From IMG/VR virus record IMGVR_UViG_3300045988_129382, positions 136,033 through 200,032 of that record: DNA of 64,000 nt; one strand, given 5' to 3'. The notes beneath the pieces were generated by a model. That model was not told the DNA's origin. It saw only the letters and a program-made list of their open reading frames with translations, and made no database searches. This document shows, piece by piece, positions 46,232-55,483 of this stretch (position 1 is its first letter; each line of letters starts with the position of its first letter). Both the position numbers and the translations under genes were made by a program. This DNA comes from a virus.

Positions 46232-47959
46232 ATGGCTAAAAAACAGTTAAAGAAAAGAATATTTGTACCTACAGGTAATGATTTAGGTGAATTCACTATT
46301 TTTGATTTACAGCCAGTTGATATTACTTTTGTTGATAGCGATGATAACTCACAACAAGGTAGTAGTGGTGACAGTAAGATGGGTGGTTCTAACAGTTCCA
46401 TACCTGACCCTGTAGATAACAATCCTTTGGGTAAGAGTAATAATGATAATTCTAATGGTTCACAAGGTTCTAGTGGTGGTAAAGATGCTAATCCTTATGC
46501 TAGCAGTAGCGAAAATAAGCCTAATGATGAATTCTCTAAACAAGATAGGGATTTAGATAATGATTTGTATGGTGAAGATTTAGATACTGATAAGGAAGAG
46601 CAAAATAACAATAATAACAATTCTGAGGATGGTGATGGCTCATCTGGTGGTGATAATGTTGAAGGTGGTAGTGGTTCTTCTGGTGGTATGATGTCAGAGG
46701 ATAATTCATATGCACCGCCTAATTATGATGGTTCTTCTAATATGGGTGATGATAGTAGTTCTTTAGATAGTACATCTGAAATGGAAGATGCGTTAAATAA
46801 AGAGCAAGAGAATATGTCTGATACTGCTAGGGAGAGGGCAAGTGAGGTTAGTGGTGATGGCTCACAATCTTCTAATTCCAATGAAGATAGTTCAACTCAA
46901 AAGAGTGGAGATAAATCACAAGATGGTGGCAAATCTCAGTCAGGTGATGGTCAATCCTCTCAGTCATCGGATTCACAAAATGGAGATAACTCACAGAGTG
47001 GTGATAATTCTCAACAAGGTGACAGCTCAAACTCACAGGGTGGTGATGGTTCTCAATCACAAGACAGTCAAGCAGGTAGTGGTAGTAGAGGGGATAAAGC
47101 TGAAAAAGGCAATAAACCTAACGATGATTTCAAGAAAGCACATGACACTAAATGCAATGATTTAGATGATACTGATGGAAAGGGTGTTGTTGATAAGATT
47201 GTTAGGGAAGCCGCTAAACGTATGCAAGAGGAGTTAGATAAAGATGAGACATTAGCTAACACTAACCAACAATCTTTAGACAACTATAAAGACTTTGGTG
47301 CTGGTACAATGACTACACTATTTAAAGGTAATAGTATGGTTGCTGATTGGAAAGCTAAATTAGAAAAACTTTTCAGAAAAGCATTAGGTCAACGTATTAC
47401 TATGAATCCTAACATGATTAATAAACGTATCGAAGACGCACCTCCTGGTAGGGAAGATATTGAAACACAGATGGTTAAAGTTGCTGTTTTGATTGACTGC
47501 TCAGGTTCTATGGGTAGTGGTGCTTTCAAAAAGGTTATCATGCAGATGGATGCTATGATTAAGGCTGATAAACAGATGAGGAATGTGTTATTCTACATCA
47601 TACCTTTTGAGATGTGGAGTGCTAATGAATGTATTAAGAGAATGGTTAAGTGTAAAGGTACTAAACTTAAAGCTGAGTTAATGAAGTTTAAGGCTGAAGG
47701 TGGTACAGACATTGTACCTGGTGTCCATGCAATGATGAAGAAGGTTAAAAACCCAGACTCTATTATCATCTTATCTGACTGTGTTGTTACTGCTAGTAGG
47801 ACTGTATCAGACCCTACGTATCAAAAATGGTTAAAGAAGTATAGAGATAGGATTATTTGGGTATTGACTAGTAAGAGAGATATTTCATATATGAGTGCTA
47901 TTGACTCTTATGCTAAGAAACAGGATAGGTATGTGGTATTTAAGGGTAATGGTGATTAA
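46232..47959 (+). CDS. vWA-domain protein with a long acidic/Ser-Gly-Gln low-complexity region (CobT-like architecture)
   Basis: MIDAS motif VLIDCSGSMGSG, then EGGTD and IILSDC. The N-terminal about 300 aa is rich in D/S/G/Q/N with SQSGD-type repeats. Confidence 0.7.
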   Translation: MAKKQLKKRIFVPTGNDLGEFTIFDLQPVDITFVDSDDNSQQGSSGDSKMGGSNSSIPDPVDNNPLGKSNNDNSNGSQGSSGGKDANPYASSSENKPNDEFSKQDRDLDNDLYGEDLDTDKEEQNNNNNNSEDGDGSSGGDNVEGGSGSSGGMMSEDNSYAPPNYDGSSNMGDDSSSLDSTSEMEDALNKEQENMSDTARERASEVSGDGSQSSNSNEDSSTQKSGDKSQDGGKSQSGDGQSSQSSDSQNGDNSQSGDNSQQGDSSNSQGGDGSQSQDSQAGSGSRGDKAEKGNKPNDDFKKAHDTKCNDLDDTDGKGVVDKIVREAAKRMQEELDKDETLANTNQQSLDNYKDFGAGTMTTLFKGNSMVADWKAKLEKLFRKALGQRITMNPNMINKRIEDAPPGREDIETQMVKVAVLIDCSGSMGSGAFKKVIMQMDAMIKADKQMRNVLFYIIPFEMWSANECIKRMVKCKGTKLKAELMKFKAEGGTDIVPGVHAMMKKVKNPDSIIILSDCVVTASRTVSDPTYQKWLKKYRDRIIWVLTSKRDISYMSAIDSYAKKQDRYVVFKGNGD

Positions 47960-48018
47960 TTTCACTTAAACATATAAATATTTTTAGTACATATTATATA
48001 TCAATATGTACAATATGA

Positions 48019-48054
48019 GGGAATATGCACATTTTGTATATTCCCTTTTCTTTT
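48019..48054 (+). terminator. rho-independent terminator
   Basis: GGGAATAT ... ATATTCCC stem followed by TTTTCTTTT. Confidence 0.7.
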
Positions 48055-48224
48055 AATGGTCTATCATGCAGATATTTATGGTAATAATGTTTTCAAGTGA
48101 TATAAATTGGTGTACATTATAGACCTTAAAAGTAGATTTTGTATTTCAATTTTATACATATTGTTAACTAGCATGTGGTTAGTTAATAATGTTTTATTGT
48201 TACTTTGGGGGTATTAGGTACTGC

Positions 48225-50009
48225 ATGAATAATAGTGAAAAGACATACTTATCAGATATTTCTGTATTTGATAGGAGTGTATATGAGAGTAATGTACCTA
48301 CAGATTCTACCTCTAATTCTGTTCTAAGGGTAATTAAGGGACCGCTTGCTGAGTGGGATTCTCTAAATAGGAATGGCAGAAAGTATTCTGAGAAATTGTG
48401 GGATAATGTTCTTGCTAGTCCGTACGTAACAGAACAGTTAATGTATAATACCTTATATGGTGAGGCTAATCACCCCGCTGATAGGATGGAAGTAGATTTT
48501 GAGAGGGTTTCTCACAGAATTGCTAAGATGTGGAAAGTGCCACAATCTAATCAAATTTTTGGTGAGATACATATTCTTGATACTCCTTTTGGTAGAATCA
48601 TTAATACATTATATGAGGCTGGTGGTGTTATCGGCTACTCCTCTAGGGCTGGTGGTGCATTACATCAACGTAAGGATTATATTGAGGTAGATGAAAATCA
48701 ATATAATTTTATTACTTTTGATGCTGTTCCATTTCCGTCTGTTCAGTCTGCACGTCCTAATGATGTTGTAACTGAGGGTGTAGTTGAAAAACAGGCACTA
48801 GAGACAAATGTTCATAACGCTCTTTTTAAAATTATTAAAGAGTGCGATGAGAAGGACTTTAAAAATATTAAGTCCTTTATATATAGCATTGATGGTTATG
48901 ACTTAACACCTGAGAGGTTATTGCTTGAAAGTGTTGAGGATATAATCGTTGCTAAACGTGATGAAGCTGTTGTAGATGACGGAGACACTATTGAGGTTAT
49001 TGATGATAGCGAATCACAAATTGATACTTTACAGCGTACACTTCAATCTATTAAGGCTCAGAAACAATCTCTTGAAAAAGAAAATGAGGGTTTGAAACAA
49101 AGTTTAGATAATGCTCTAAATAAAATTTCAAATGTACTTCAAGACTCTAAGAATAAAGAGGTTGAGATACAATCTGAAGTTGAAAGCCTAAAAGACACTA
49201 TTGCAAGGAAAGATGCACAGATTATTGAGTTGCAAAATGAGATTGATGAGTTACAGTCTGATTTAGATGATTTAAATTCTATTGAAGAGGCCTGTAAGGC
49301 ATTGAAGTATCAAAACACTTCTCTAATTCAAGAGGGTGTGACTACATCTAATAAAGAGTTAGAACGTAAGTTAGATGAGAGTTTAAAAACTAATAAGTCT
49401 TTAAGTGAGGATAATAAAAATCTTTCACAAGATAAAGATAAGTTAGAGGGTGAATTATCTGAAGCTTATGATGAGATTGCATTAGCTGTTACTGATATTA
49501 ATAAGAAAGATGCATTAATTCAAGCACAGCAAGATACAATCACAGCTTTAAAAACAGATGTACAGTCATTGACTGAGGAGTTAGATGGTGTTGAGGGTGG
49601 TTATCAATCTGCTATTGATAGGAGAGATAACCAAATTGAAGAATACGAACAGAAGATTAAAGATTTAGAGGCAAAAATTAGAAAACTTTGTGGTGAGGTT
49701 GATTCACTTGATGAGTCTTATAATTCCATTAAAGCTGTAAATAAATCAATCAAACATGATTTAATTTCAGTCATTGCTGGTAATTATGGGTTAACAGTAG
49801 AATCTGTTCAATCAAAGTTGCCTGTAGGTTTTAATAAATCTGATGTGTATTCTATATGTGAATCTATGAGTAATAACAATAGTATGAATACATTTAAAAA
49901 TTCTATTGTAGATACTCAAATTGTTAATGAATCTTCACGTGTTAGAAAAGAGAATATCGTAAATGCTAAACCTAGAGTGGGTGAGTTATTCTCTAATCGT
50001 AGGGGTTAG
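48225..50009 (+). CDS. T4 gp21-like prohead protease (peptidase S77) fused to a long coiled-coil (scaffold-like) C-terminal region
   Basis: NRNGRKYSEKLWDNVL...LYGEANHP...VSHRIAKMW...GVIGYSSRAGGAL aligns with T4 gp21 NRNKRLYPKRILEKAV...ALGELNHP...MW...GVSSRGLGS. Residues from about 270 to 500 are heptad-like and Glu/Lys/Gln/Leu-rich. Start chosen at MNNSEKTY. Confidence 0.85.
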   Translation: MNNSEKTYLSDISVFDRSVYESNVPTDSTSNSVLRVIKGPLAEWDSLNRNGRKYSEKLWDNVLASPYVTEQLMYNTLYGEANHPADRMEVDFERVSHRIAKMWKVPQSNQIFGEIHILDTPFGRIINTLYEAGGVIGYSSRAGGALHQRKDYIEVDENQYNFITFDAVPFPSVQSARPNDVVTEGVVEKQALETNVHNALFKIIKECDEKDFKNIKSFIYSIDGYDLTPERLLLESVEDIIVAKRDEAVVDDGDTIEVIDDSESQIDTLQRTLQSIKAQKQSLEKENEGLKQSLDNALNKISNVLQDSKNKEVEIQSEVESLKDTIARKDAQIIELQNEIDELQSDLDDLNSIEEACKALKYQNTSLIQEGVTTSNKELERKLDESLKTNKSLSEDNKNLSQDKDKLEGELSEAYDEIALAVTDINKKDALIQAQQDTITALKTDVQSLTEELDGVEGGYQSAIDRRDNQIEEYEQKIKDLEAKIRKLCGEVDSLDESYNSIKAVNKSIKHDLISVIAGNYGLTVESVQSKLPVGFNKSDVYSICESMSNNNSMNTFKNSIVDTQIVNESSRVRKENIVNAKPRVGELFSNRRG

Positions 50010-50066
50010 TATTCATTATTATATAAGTTAGTATAAATTTTATTTTAAGGGAAAATAATTTAACAT

Positions 50067-51509
50067 ATGAAAACAAATATTTACGAACAATATCGTCCAT
50101 TGTTGGAATCTTGGAGTGCATATACAGATGTAGTTAAAGAACATGTAGAAGGTTACTCCGATGTAGAAGCAACTCAACTTTCTTTGTTGCTTGAAAATAC
50201 AAAATCTGAGTTGGAAATGACTAAAGGTCGCATGATGAATGGTACTGCTATTCATGAAGGTACTGACATTTCTATGGTTAATACATTTACATCTAATGTA
50301 TTTGATATTATTACAGCAGTCATGCCTAATTTGATTGCGAATGATATTGTATCAGTTCAACCTCTTGACCGTAGGAATGGTCAAGTATTCTTCTTGAAAT
50401 TCACTTATGGTAACAACAAAGGTGGTATCAAAGCTGGTACTGATATGATTTCATCTCAACGTGGTTTCACTGGTGGTGATTTCAGTGGTGAACACGTAAG
50501 TGGTGAGTCTTTGACTATCACAGGTGGTAACGTATCTCAAAAAGTATTGCATACACCTATTAAACCAGGTACATTCCGTTTGACTTCTACTGATAAAATC
50601 GGTGCAGAGTTGATTGATGTTCCTGATGCTACTGGTAAAAAAGGTACTATCACTGATACAGCAAGTACTGGTTTAGGTGCTGGTACTGTTGATTACGTTA
50701 CTGGCGAAATTACATTGACTGGTGTAACAGTTGCTCATTTGGATGCTGATTTTGATTACGACCAAAATAGTTTCGATGCTCCTGTAGACCAAGTTGATGT
50801 ACGTGTGGTTTCTGAGCCTGTAGTTGCTCGTCCACGTAAATTAAAATCAGTGTACATGTTCGACGTTGCATACGATTTAAAAATGTCATTCGGCTTGGAC
50901 ATGGATACAGTTATCCTTAAAGCTACTTCTGGTGAAATTGGTTACGAAATTGACAATGAAATCATGCAAGATTTGTTGAAAATCGCTGGTAGCCAATCTA
51001 CTTGGAATAAACTTCCTGAATATAAAGGTCAAGACGTTAAAACACATGAAGCTACATTGTTTAATGCTATCAATGATGCGTCCAATACAATTCTTGGTAA
51101 CACTAAACGCTATGAAGCTACATTTATTATCTGTGGTAAAAATGCCGCTACATACATTGAATCCTTGAATACTAATATTGGTCAAGTACGTGAAATCTTC
51201 AAACGTGTATCTACAAATGGTATCGTTGGTGGCCCACACTTGGTAGGTATCTTAGATGAAAAATACAAAGTATATAAAAATCCATACTACCCAGATAATG
51301 AAATCTTGGTAGGTGCTAAAGGTGAAATGTTCATTGAAGCTGGCTATATTTACGCTCCATACTTGCCTTTATTCGCAAGTCAATTATTGGTTGATGCAGA
51401 TTTCAAAGCACAACGTGGGTTCTGTACAATTTACGCCAAAAAAGCTGTAAATAAATACATGTACCATCGTTTGACTTTGGTAGATAATAAACAAGTAGCC
51501 GCTAACTAA
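50067..51509 (+). CDS. major capsid protein, T4 gp23-like (HK97 fold)
   Basis: AVMPNLIANDIVSVQPLDRRNGQVFFLKFTYG matches the gp23-family motif (fP.liA.dlvsvQPm..p.g.vfyl). 480 aa with a predicted about 64-aa propeptide ending IHE|G. Follows the protease gene. Confidence 0.9.
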   Translation: MKTNIYEQYRPLLESWSAYTDVVKEHVEGYSDVEATQLSLLLENTKSELEMTKGRMMNGTAIHEGTDISMVNTFTSNVFDIITAVMPNLIANDIVSVQPLDRRNGQVFFLKFTYGNNKGGIKAGTDMISSQRGFTGGDFSGEHVSGESLTITGGNVSQKVLHTPIKPGTFRLTSTDKIGAELIDVPDATGKKGTITDTASTGLGAGTVDYVTGEITLTGVTVAHLDADFDYDQNSFDAPVDQVDVRVVSEPVVARPRKLKSVYMFDVAYDLKMSFGLDMDTVILKATSGEIGYEIDNEIMQDLLKIAGSQSTWNKLPEYKGQDVKTHEATLFNAINDASNTILGNTKRYEATFIICGKNAATYIESLNTNIGQVREIFKRVSTNGIVGGPHLVGILDEKYKVYKNPYYPDNEILVGAKGEMFIEAGYIYAPYLPLFASQLLVDADFKAQRGFCTIYAKKAVNKYMYHRLTLVDNKQVAAN

Positions 51510-51583
51510 TTGATAGTTAAGCTATAAGTCATCAGTAAACATGACTGTATATAAATACAAAACTAAATAATATATCCATTCAA

Positions 51584-51616
51584 AGAGGTGTAGTTAATTC
51601 TGCACCTCTTTTTCTT
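51584..51616 (+). terminator. rho-independent terminator
   Basis: AGAGGTGTAG ... CTGCACCTCT stem (one G-U pair) followed by TTTTTC. Confidence 0.75.
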
Positions 51617-51696
51617 TATGTTGTTTTTTGTGTGTTAATACTATATAATCTAATTATGATATAGTATTTTATATTAGATGTAAGGGTGATTAAATT

Positions 51697-52449
51697 ATGG
51701 AAAAGATTTTAGCTAAAGATGGGTTATTGTGTAATATTCCTAGTGATAAGACTTGTAATTTGGTTGTATTGTTTTCTGGTGGGTTTGATTCTACAGCGTT
51801 ATTACATATGGCAGTTAATACTAAGAAGAAATATGATAATATAAAAACTGTGTATGCGTTGTATGTCAAGAGTAATCTATTAGATAGGGGTAAAGTTAAG
51901 TTAGAGAGCAGTCATGTAAATAAGTTTATTTCTTATATTAATCAAGATGAAGAGTTAGTAAAGTTGGTTACTTTTAAGAGTTCATTTAGTGATTTAGAAG
52001 AGTATTCTTATAGTGAGAACGCATATGATTTAATATTTGTCAATGCTATTAATTCAGTAGTACATATGATGGGTGGTGCTGATACAGATATAGTACTAAA
52101 TGGTTCTTTAGATAGGGATTCTAGGACATATCATTTACCTTATTATAAGAAAATGGTAGAAGAGTTTAATCAAGAATTTAGGGGTGTAGACATACGTATG
52201 GTATTTCCTTTTATACAGTCGGATAAACCTAGAATTCTAGATTACTTAATCAACAATAAATTATATCAGTATTGTACTTGTTGTGAGAATCCTAAAAGTG
52301 GTGAGTTTTGTAATAGTTGTAAAGGTCATTTAGAGGGTTTATTTGGTTTAATGTTAGCTTATAAATTATATGGTGATGTTGAGTACAACGAAAGTAATGT
52401 AGATTTTGTTGAAGAAGAGATAAATAGGATGTTGGGAGTTGACATTTGA
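51697..52449 (+). CDS. queC: PP-loop ATP pyrophosphatase, QueC-like (7-cyano-7-deazaguanine synthase family)
   Basis: VVLFSGGFDSTALL (SGGxDS PP-loop). C-terminal Cys cluster YCTCCENPKSGEFCNSCKGH resembles the QueC zinc site. Confidence 0.5.
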   Translation: MEKILAKDGLLCNIPSDKTCNLVVLFSGGFDSTALLHMAVNTKKKYDNIKTVYALYVKSNLLDRGKVKLESSHVNKFISYINQDEELVKLVTFKSSFSDLEEYSYSENAYDLIFVNAINSVVHMMGGADTDIVLNGSLDRDSRTYHLPYYKKMVEEFNQEFRGVDIRMVFPFIQSDKPRILDYLINNKLYQYCTCCENPKSGEFCNSCKGHLEGLFGLMLAYKLYGDVEYNESNVDFVEEEINRMLGVDI

Positions 52450-53885
52450 TGGTTGATAAACCAAATTTACAAGGTGGTAAGGTTAAAAAGAAATATTATC
52501 ATAATGGTATTGTTAATAGAATGTTTGAAGATGGTAAACAGCCAGATGGCTTTGTGTTGGGAATGTTGCCACGTACAAAAGAAAAACAAGATGCTATTAA
52601 TAAAAAAAGAGAAGAGACTACAATAAAGAAGTATGGTGTATCTCATGTATCTCATTTAAGTGATGTTAAGTCTAAAAAGAAAAAGTCTTTACTAGAGCAT
52701 TATGGGGTAGATAATCCGTCTAAGTCTAAGGAGATACAGAATAAGAAAAGAGATATCTTTATTAAGAAGTATGGTGTAGATAACCCTATGAAGTCTGAAG
52801 AGATTAAACAGAAGTTTAGGGATAACTATAACACTAAATATGGTGTAGATAATCCTTTTCAATTAGATGTTGTTAAAGATAAAATCAAAGATACTAATAG
52901 GGAAAATTTAGGTGTAGATTATCCTACACAATGTCAAGAGGTTAGAGATAAAGTGCGTTCTACCTTTATGGAACGATATGGTGTACCATATACGTTTATG
53001 TTGTCTAAAGAATGGGTAGAAGCTAATGACAGTAAGCCTAATCGTGATTTTGCTGGTTTATTAGATGCTAATAACATTACATATGAGCGTGAATTTAGGT
53101 GTGGTAAATACTCATATGATTTTAAAGTAGGCAATACTTTAGTTGAGATAAATCCTACAGCAACACATAATACATATTTTAGTCCTTATGGTGATAAATC
53201 TGTTAAAGATAGATACTATCACAGAGATAAATCTAAGTTAGCTAGAGGTAGTGGTTATAATGTAATACATGTGTTTGATTGGGATGATAAGAGCAAGGTT
53301 ATCAATCTATTAAAACATAGGGATACTGTGTATGCTAGAAATTGTGATGTAAGATTAGTTGATACATTAGAGTGTAATCAATATCTTATGGCATATCATT
53401 TACAGGGAAAGTGTAATAATCAAACAATTAGGTTAGGTTTATATCATGATAATCAATTAGTGTCATTAATGACATTTGGTGTTGCTAGGTATAATAAAAA
53501 ATATGAGTATGAGTTGTTGAGATATTGTGCTAGTCATAATGTAGTAGGTGGTGCTGAAAAGTTATTTAAATATTTTGTAGATAACTATAAACCTGGTAGC
53601 ATCATTTCATATTGCGATACTTCTAAGTTTAGTGGTAAAGTGTATGATATGTTAGGGTTTAAAATAGATACTATAAATAGTCCGTCTTGTCATTGGTATA
53701 GCGTTAAAGAGAATAAACATATTACTGATAACTTGTTACGTATGCAAGGGTATGATAGACTATTTAAAGAAAGTCATGGTAAAGGCACTTCTAATGAAGA
53801 ATTAATTTTAGCTAGAGGGTATTTACCAGTATATGATTGTGGTCAATCAACTTATATTTGGAGAAGTGATAAAAACGTAGAATAA
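52446..53885 (+). CDS. repeat-containing putative homing-endonuclease-like / DNA-binding protein
   Basis: Five or six tandem repeats of about 29 aa of the form KKYGV(D/S)NPxxSxEIxxK. These are followed by a nuclease-like core YEREFRCGKYSYDFKVGNTLVEINP and a further C-terminal domain. Overlaps the previous stop (ATTTGATGG). Confidence 0.4.
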   Translation: MMVDKPNLQGGKVKKKYYHNGIVNRMFEDGKQPDGFVLGMLPRTKEKQDAINKKREETTIKKYGVSHVSHLSDVKSKKKKSLLEHYGVDNPSKSKEIQNKKRDIFIKKYGVDNPMKSEEIKQKFRDNYNTKYGVDNPFQLDVVKDKIKDTNRENLGVDYPTQCQEVRDKVRSTFMERYGVPYTFMLSKEWVEANDSKPNRDFAGLLDANNITYEREFRCGKYSYDFKVGNTLVEINPTATHNTYFSPYGDKSVKDRYYHRDKSKLARGSGYNVIHVFDWDDKSKVINLLKHRDTVYARNCDVRLVDTLECNQYLMAYHLQGKCNNQTIRLGLYHDNQLVSLMTFGVARYNKKYEYELLRYCASHNVVGGAEKLFKYFVDNYKPGSIISYCDTSKFSGKVYDMLGFKIDTINSPSCHWYSVKENKHITDNLLRMQGYDRLFKESHGKGTSNEELILARGYLPVYDCGQSTYIWRSDKNVE

Positions 53886-53908
53886 ATTTAATGTTACCTA
53901 TATATAAT

Positions 53909-53959
53909 AGTGGATATATTAAATTTAGAGTTTGTAAAATAACAGAGTGGATATATTAA
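53909..53959 (+). repeat. direct repeat AGTGGATATATTAA x2 (53909-53922 and 53946-53959)
   Basis: Exact 14-nt copies 37 nt apart, in the intergenic region upstream of the 54065 gene. A degenerate third copy is TGTGGATTGGTATAT. Confidence 0.6.
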
Positions 53960-54064
53960 TTTGGTTTTGTGGATTGGTATATGTTTACTGAGGATGTATA
54001 GGGATTCTATGTGTGTATTCCTGTATATCCTTTATTTTACATTAGATGAAGAATAGGAGATATA

Positions 54065-54601
54065 ATGGGTTTAGAGTTAAAAAATACAACTAAAAACACA
54101 ATCCGTATTCCTGATTATAATTACAATGGTACTTTAGTTTTTGCTCCTGAAGAGGCAAAACCTTTAGATAGCATTGATAAAATTGGTTTCTTTAGACCAT
54201 ATGCTAGGGCTGGTATTATCGTTCAAAATTCTGAGGAACTTGGCTTATCTCAACGTACTTTGGACGATATCAATAAAGCTAAAGAGGAATTAAAAGGTCA
54301 TGTTTCTAAAGTAGCTGATAGTGTTGTAGAAGGTGTTAAAGCTGTTTCTACTAAAACACAAGATGCTGTTAAATCAGTGTCTGATAATGCAGGTAAGATT
54401 GCTAGTGACGTTGTAGAAGATACTGTGAATGAAGTTACTGATAAAGTAGAAAAAGTAAAAAAACTCACAGCTGATTTTCTTGATACATTAACACTAAAAG
54501 AGTTAAAAGCTACAGCAAAAGAAATTGGTGTAGATGCTGGTAGTGTTAATAAAAAAGCAGATGTTAAAGAAATGATTCTATCTGCTCAAAACAAAAAATA
54601 A
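54065..54601 (+). CDS. hypothetical protein with a C-terminal HeH/SAP (Rho-N-like) motif
   Basis: RBS AGGAGA. Motif LTLKELKATAKEIGVDAGSVNKKADVKEMI. Confidence 0.55.
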   Translation: MGLELKNTTKNTIRIPDYNYNGTLVFAPEEAKPLDSIDKIGFFRPYARAGIIVQNSEELGLSQRTLDDINKAKEELKGHVSKVADSVVEGVKAVSTKTQDAVKSVSDNAGKIASDVVEDTVNEVTDKVEKVKKLTADFLDTLTLKELKATAKEIGVDAGSVNKKADVKEMILSAQNKK

Positions 54602-54622
54602 CATTTTGAAAGGTGAGTAGTC

Positions 54623-55453
54623 ATGAGTAGGATTGATGATAATTTACTTGTAGATAGTAGTTCATTTAGCAATGACTACATGGAATCACTTTCAAAAGAG
54701 AGACGAGATATCATAGAGGATTGCATGGTTGCTTTAGGTTATCCTGTAATCACTCTATATATCACTCAACGTCAAATTGATAGATTAATAGATTTTTCTA
54801 CTAGGAGATGTGAGAGTAAAGTATCATTACCTTATTTAGCGACATTCAATGTTGCTAATGGTGTAGTTGATGTTACAGGGTATGATATGGGAGCTGTTAG
54901 TCAGATATATAATGGTGTAGGTAGTGGTGCTAGTAATAGTAATGCTGAGTTGGTCGCTAACCCAGATAGAGATGGTGGTGGATGTAACCTAAGTCTTAGT
55001 GGGTGTGATATTTGTAATCAGTTATGTCAGTATCGTGGTATGCAAGCATTAGGCAATGGTGGAGACCTTAAAGGTATATACAACTATGTTGCCTTTTCTG
55101 GTGCTATGTCAGAGATGAATATGTTGATGACAAATGATTGGTACTTAGACCCTACAGATAATAAATTGTATATTGATGGTTTCAGTGGACTTGTAACAGT
55201 AGAGTATGTTAAATCTAGTAATACTTTTGAAGATATAGCTAAGAACTCTTTTTGGAGACAGTGGATTCGTGATTATACACTTGCTATGGTTAAGATTACT
55301 GAGGGACGTATACGTTCTAAGTATAAGATTAGTAGTGGTGTGTTTGAGATTGAATCTGATGAGTTGATAAATGAGGGGAATACTGATAAGCAAGAACTAG
55401 AGCAACGATTGGAAGATGGTGGCTTTGGTTATTGGAATATCATGAGGGGTTAA
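54623..55453 (+). CDS. hypothetical (probably structural) protein
   Basis: RBS AAAGGTGAG. 276 aa, located in the late-gene neighbourhood. Confidence 0.55.
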   Translation: MSRIDDNLLVDSSSFSNDYMESLSKERRDIIEDCMVALGYPVITLYITQRQIDRLIDFSTRRCESKVSLPYLATFNVANGVVDVTGYDMGAVSQIYNGVGSGASNSNAELVANPDRDGGGCNLSLSGCDICNQLCQYRGMQALGNGGDLKGIYNYVAFSGAMSEMNMLMTNDWYLDPTDNKLYIDGFSGLVTVEYVKSSNTFEDIAKNSFWRQWIRDYTLAMVKITEGRIRSKYKISSGVFEIESDELINEGNTDKQELEQRLEDGGFGYWNIMRG

Positions 55454-55483
55454 TATCTTATATAGATAGGAAGGTTAATATTA

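Noticed and set aside
46380-47110. Low-complexity D/S/G/Q/N region of the vWA protein as a collagen-like or separate repeat gene (and the nested ORFs 46842-47165 +, 46872-47060 -).
   Set aside because: It is continuous, in frame, with the C-terminal vWA domain. The architecture matches acidic-linker vWA (CobT-like) proteins, and the nested ORFs are artefacts of the repeats.
17040-51560. T4-type late promoter motif TATAAATA (for example near 17050, 28072, 46222 and 51552; TATAAAT near 29262, 48103 and 50024).
   Set aside because: In a genome of about 67% AT, an 8-mer of only A and T is expected roughly 20 times by chance in 64 kb on both strands. The positions are not consistently upstream of late genes, so this is not reportable without statistics.
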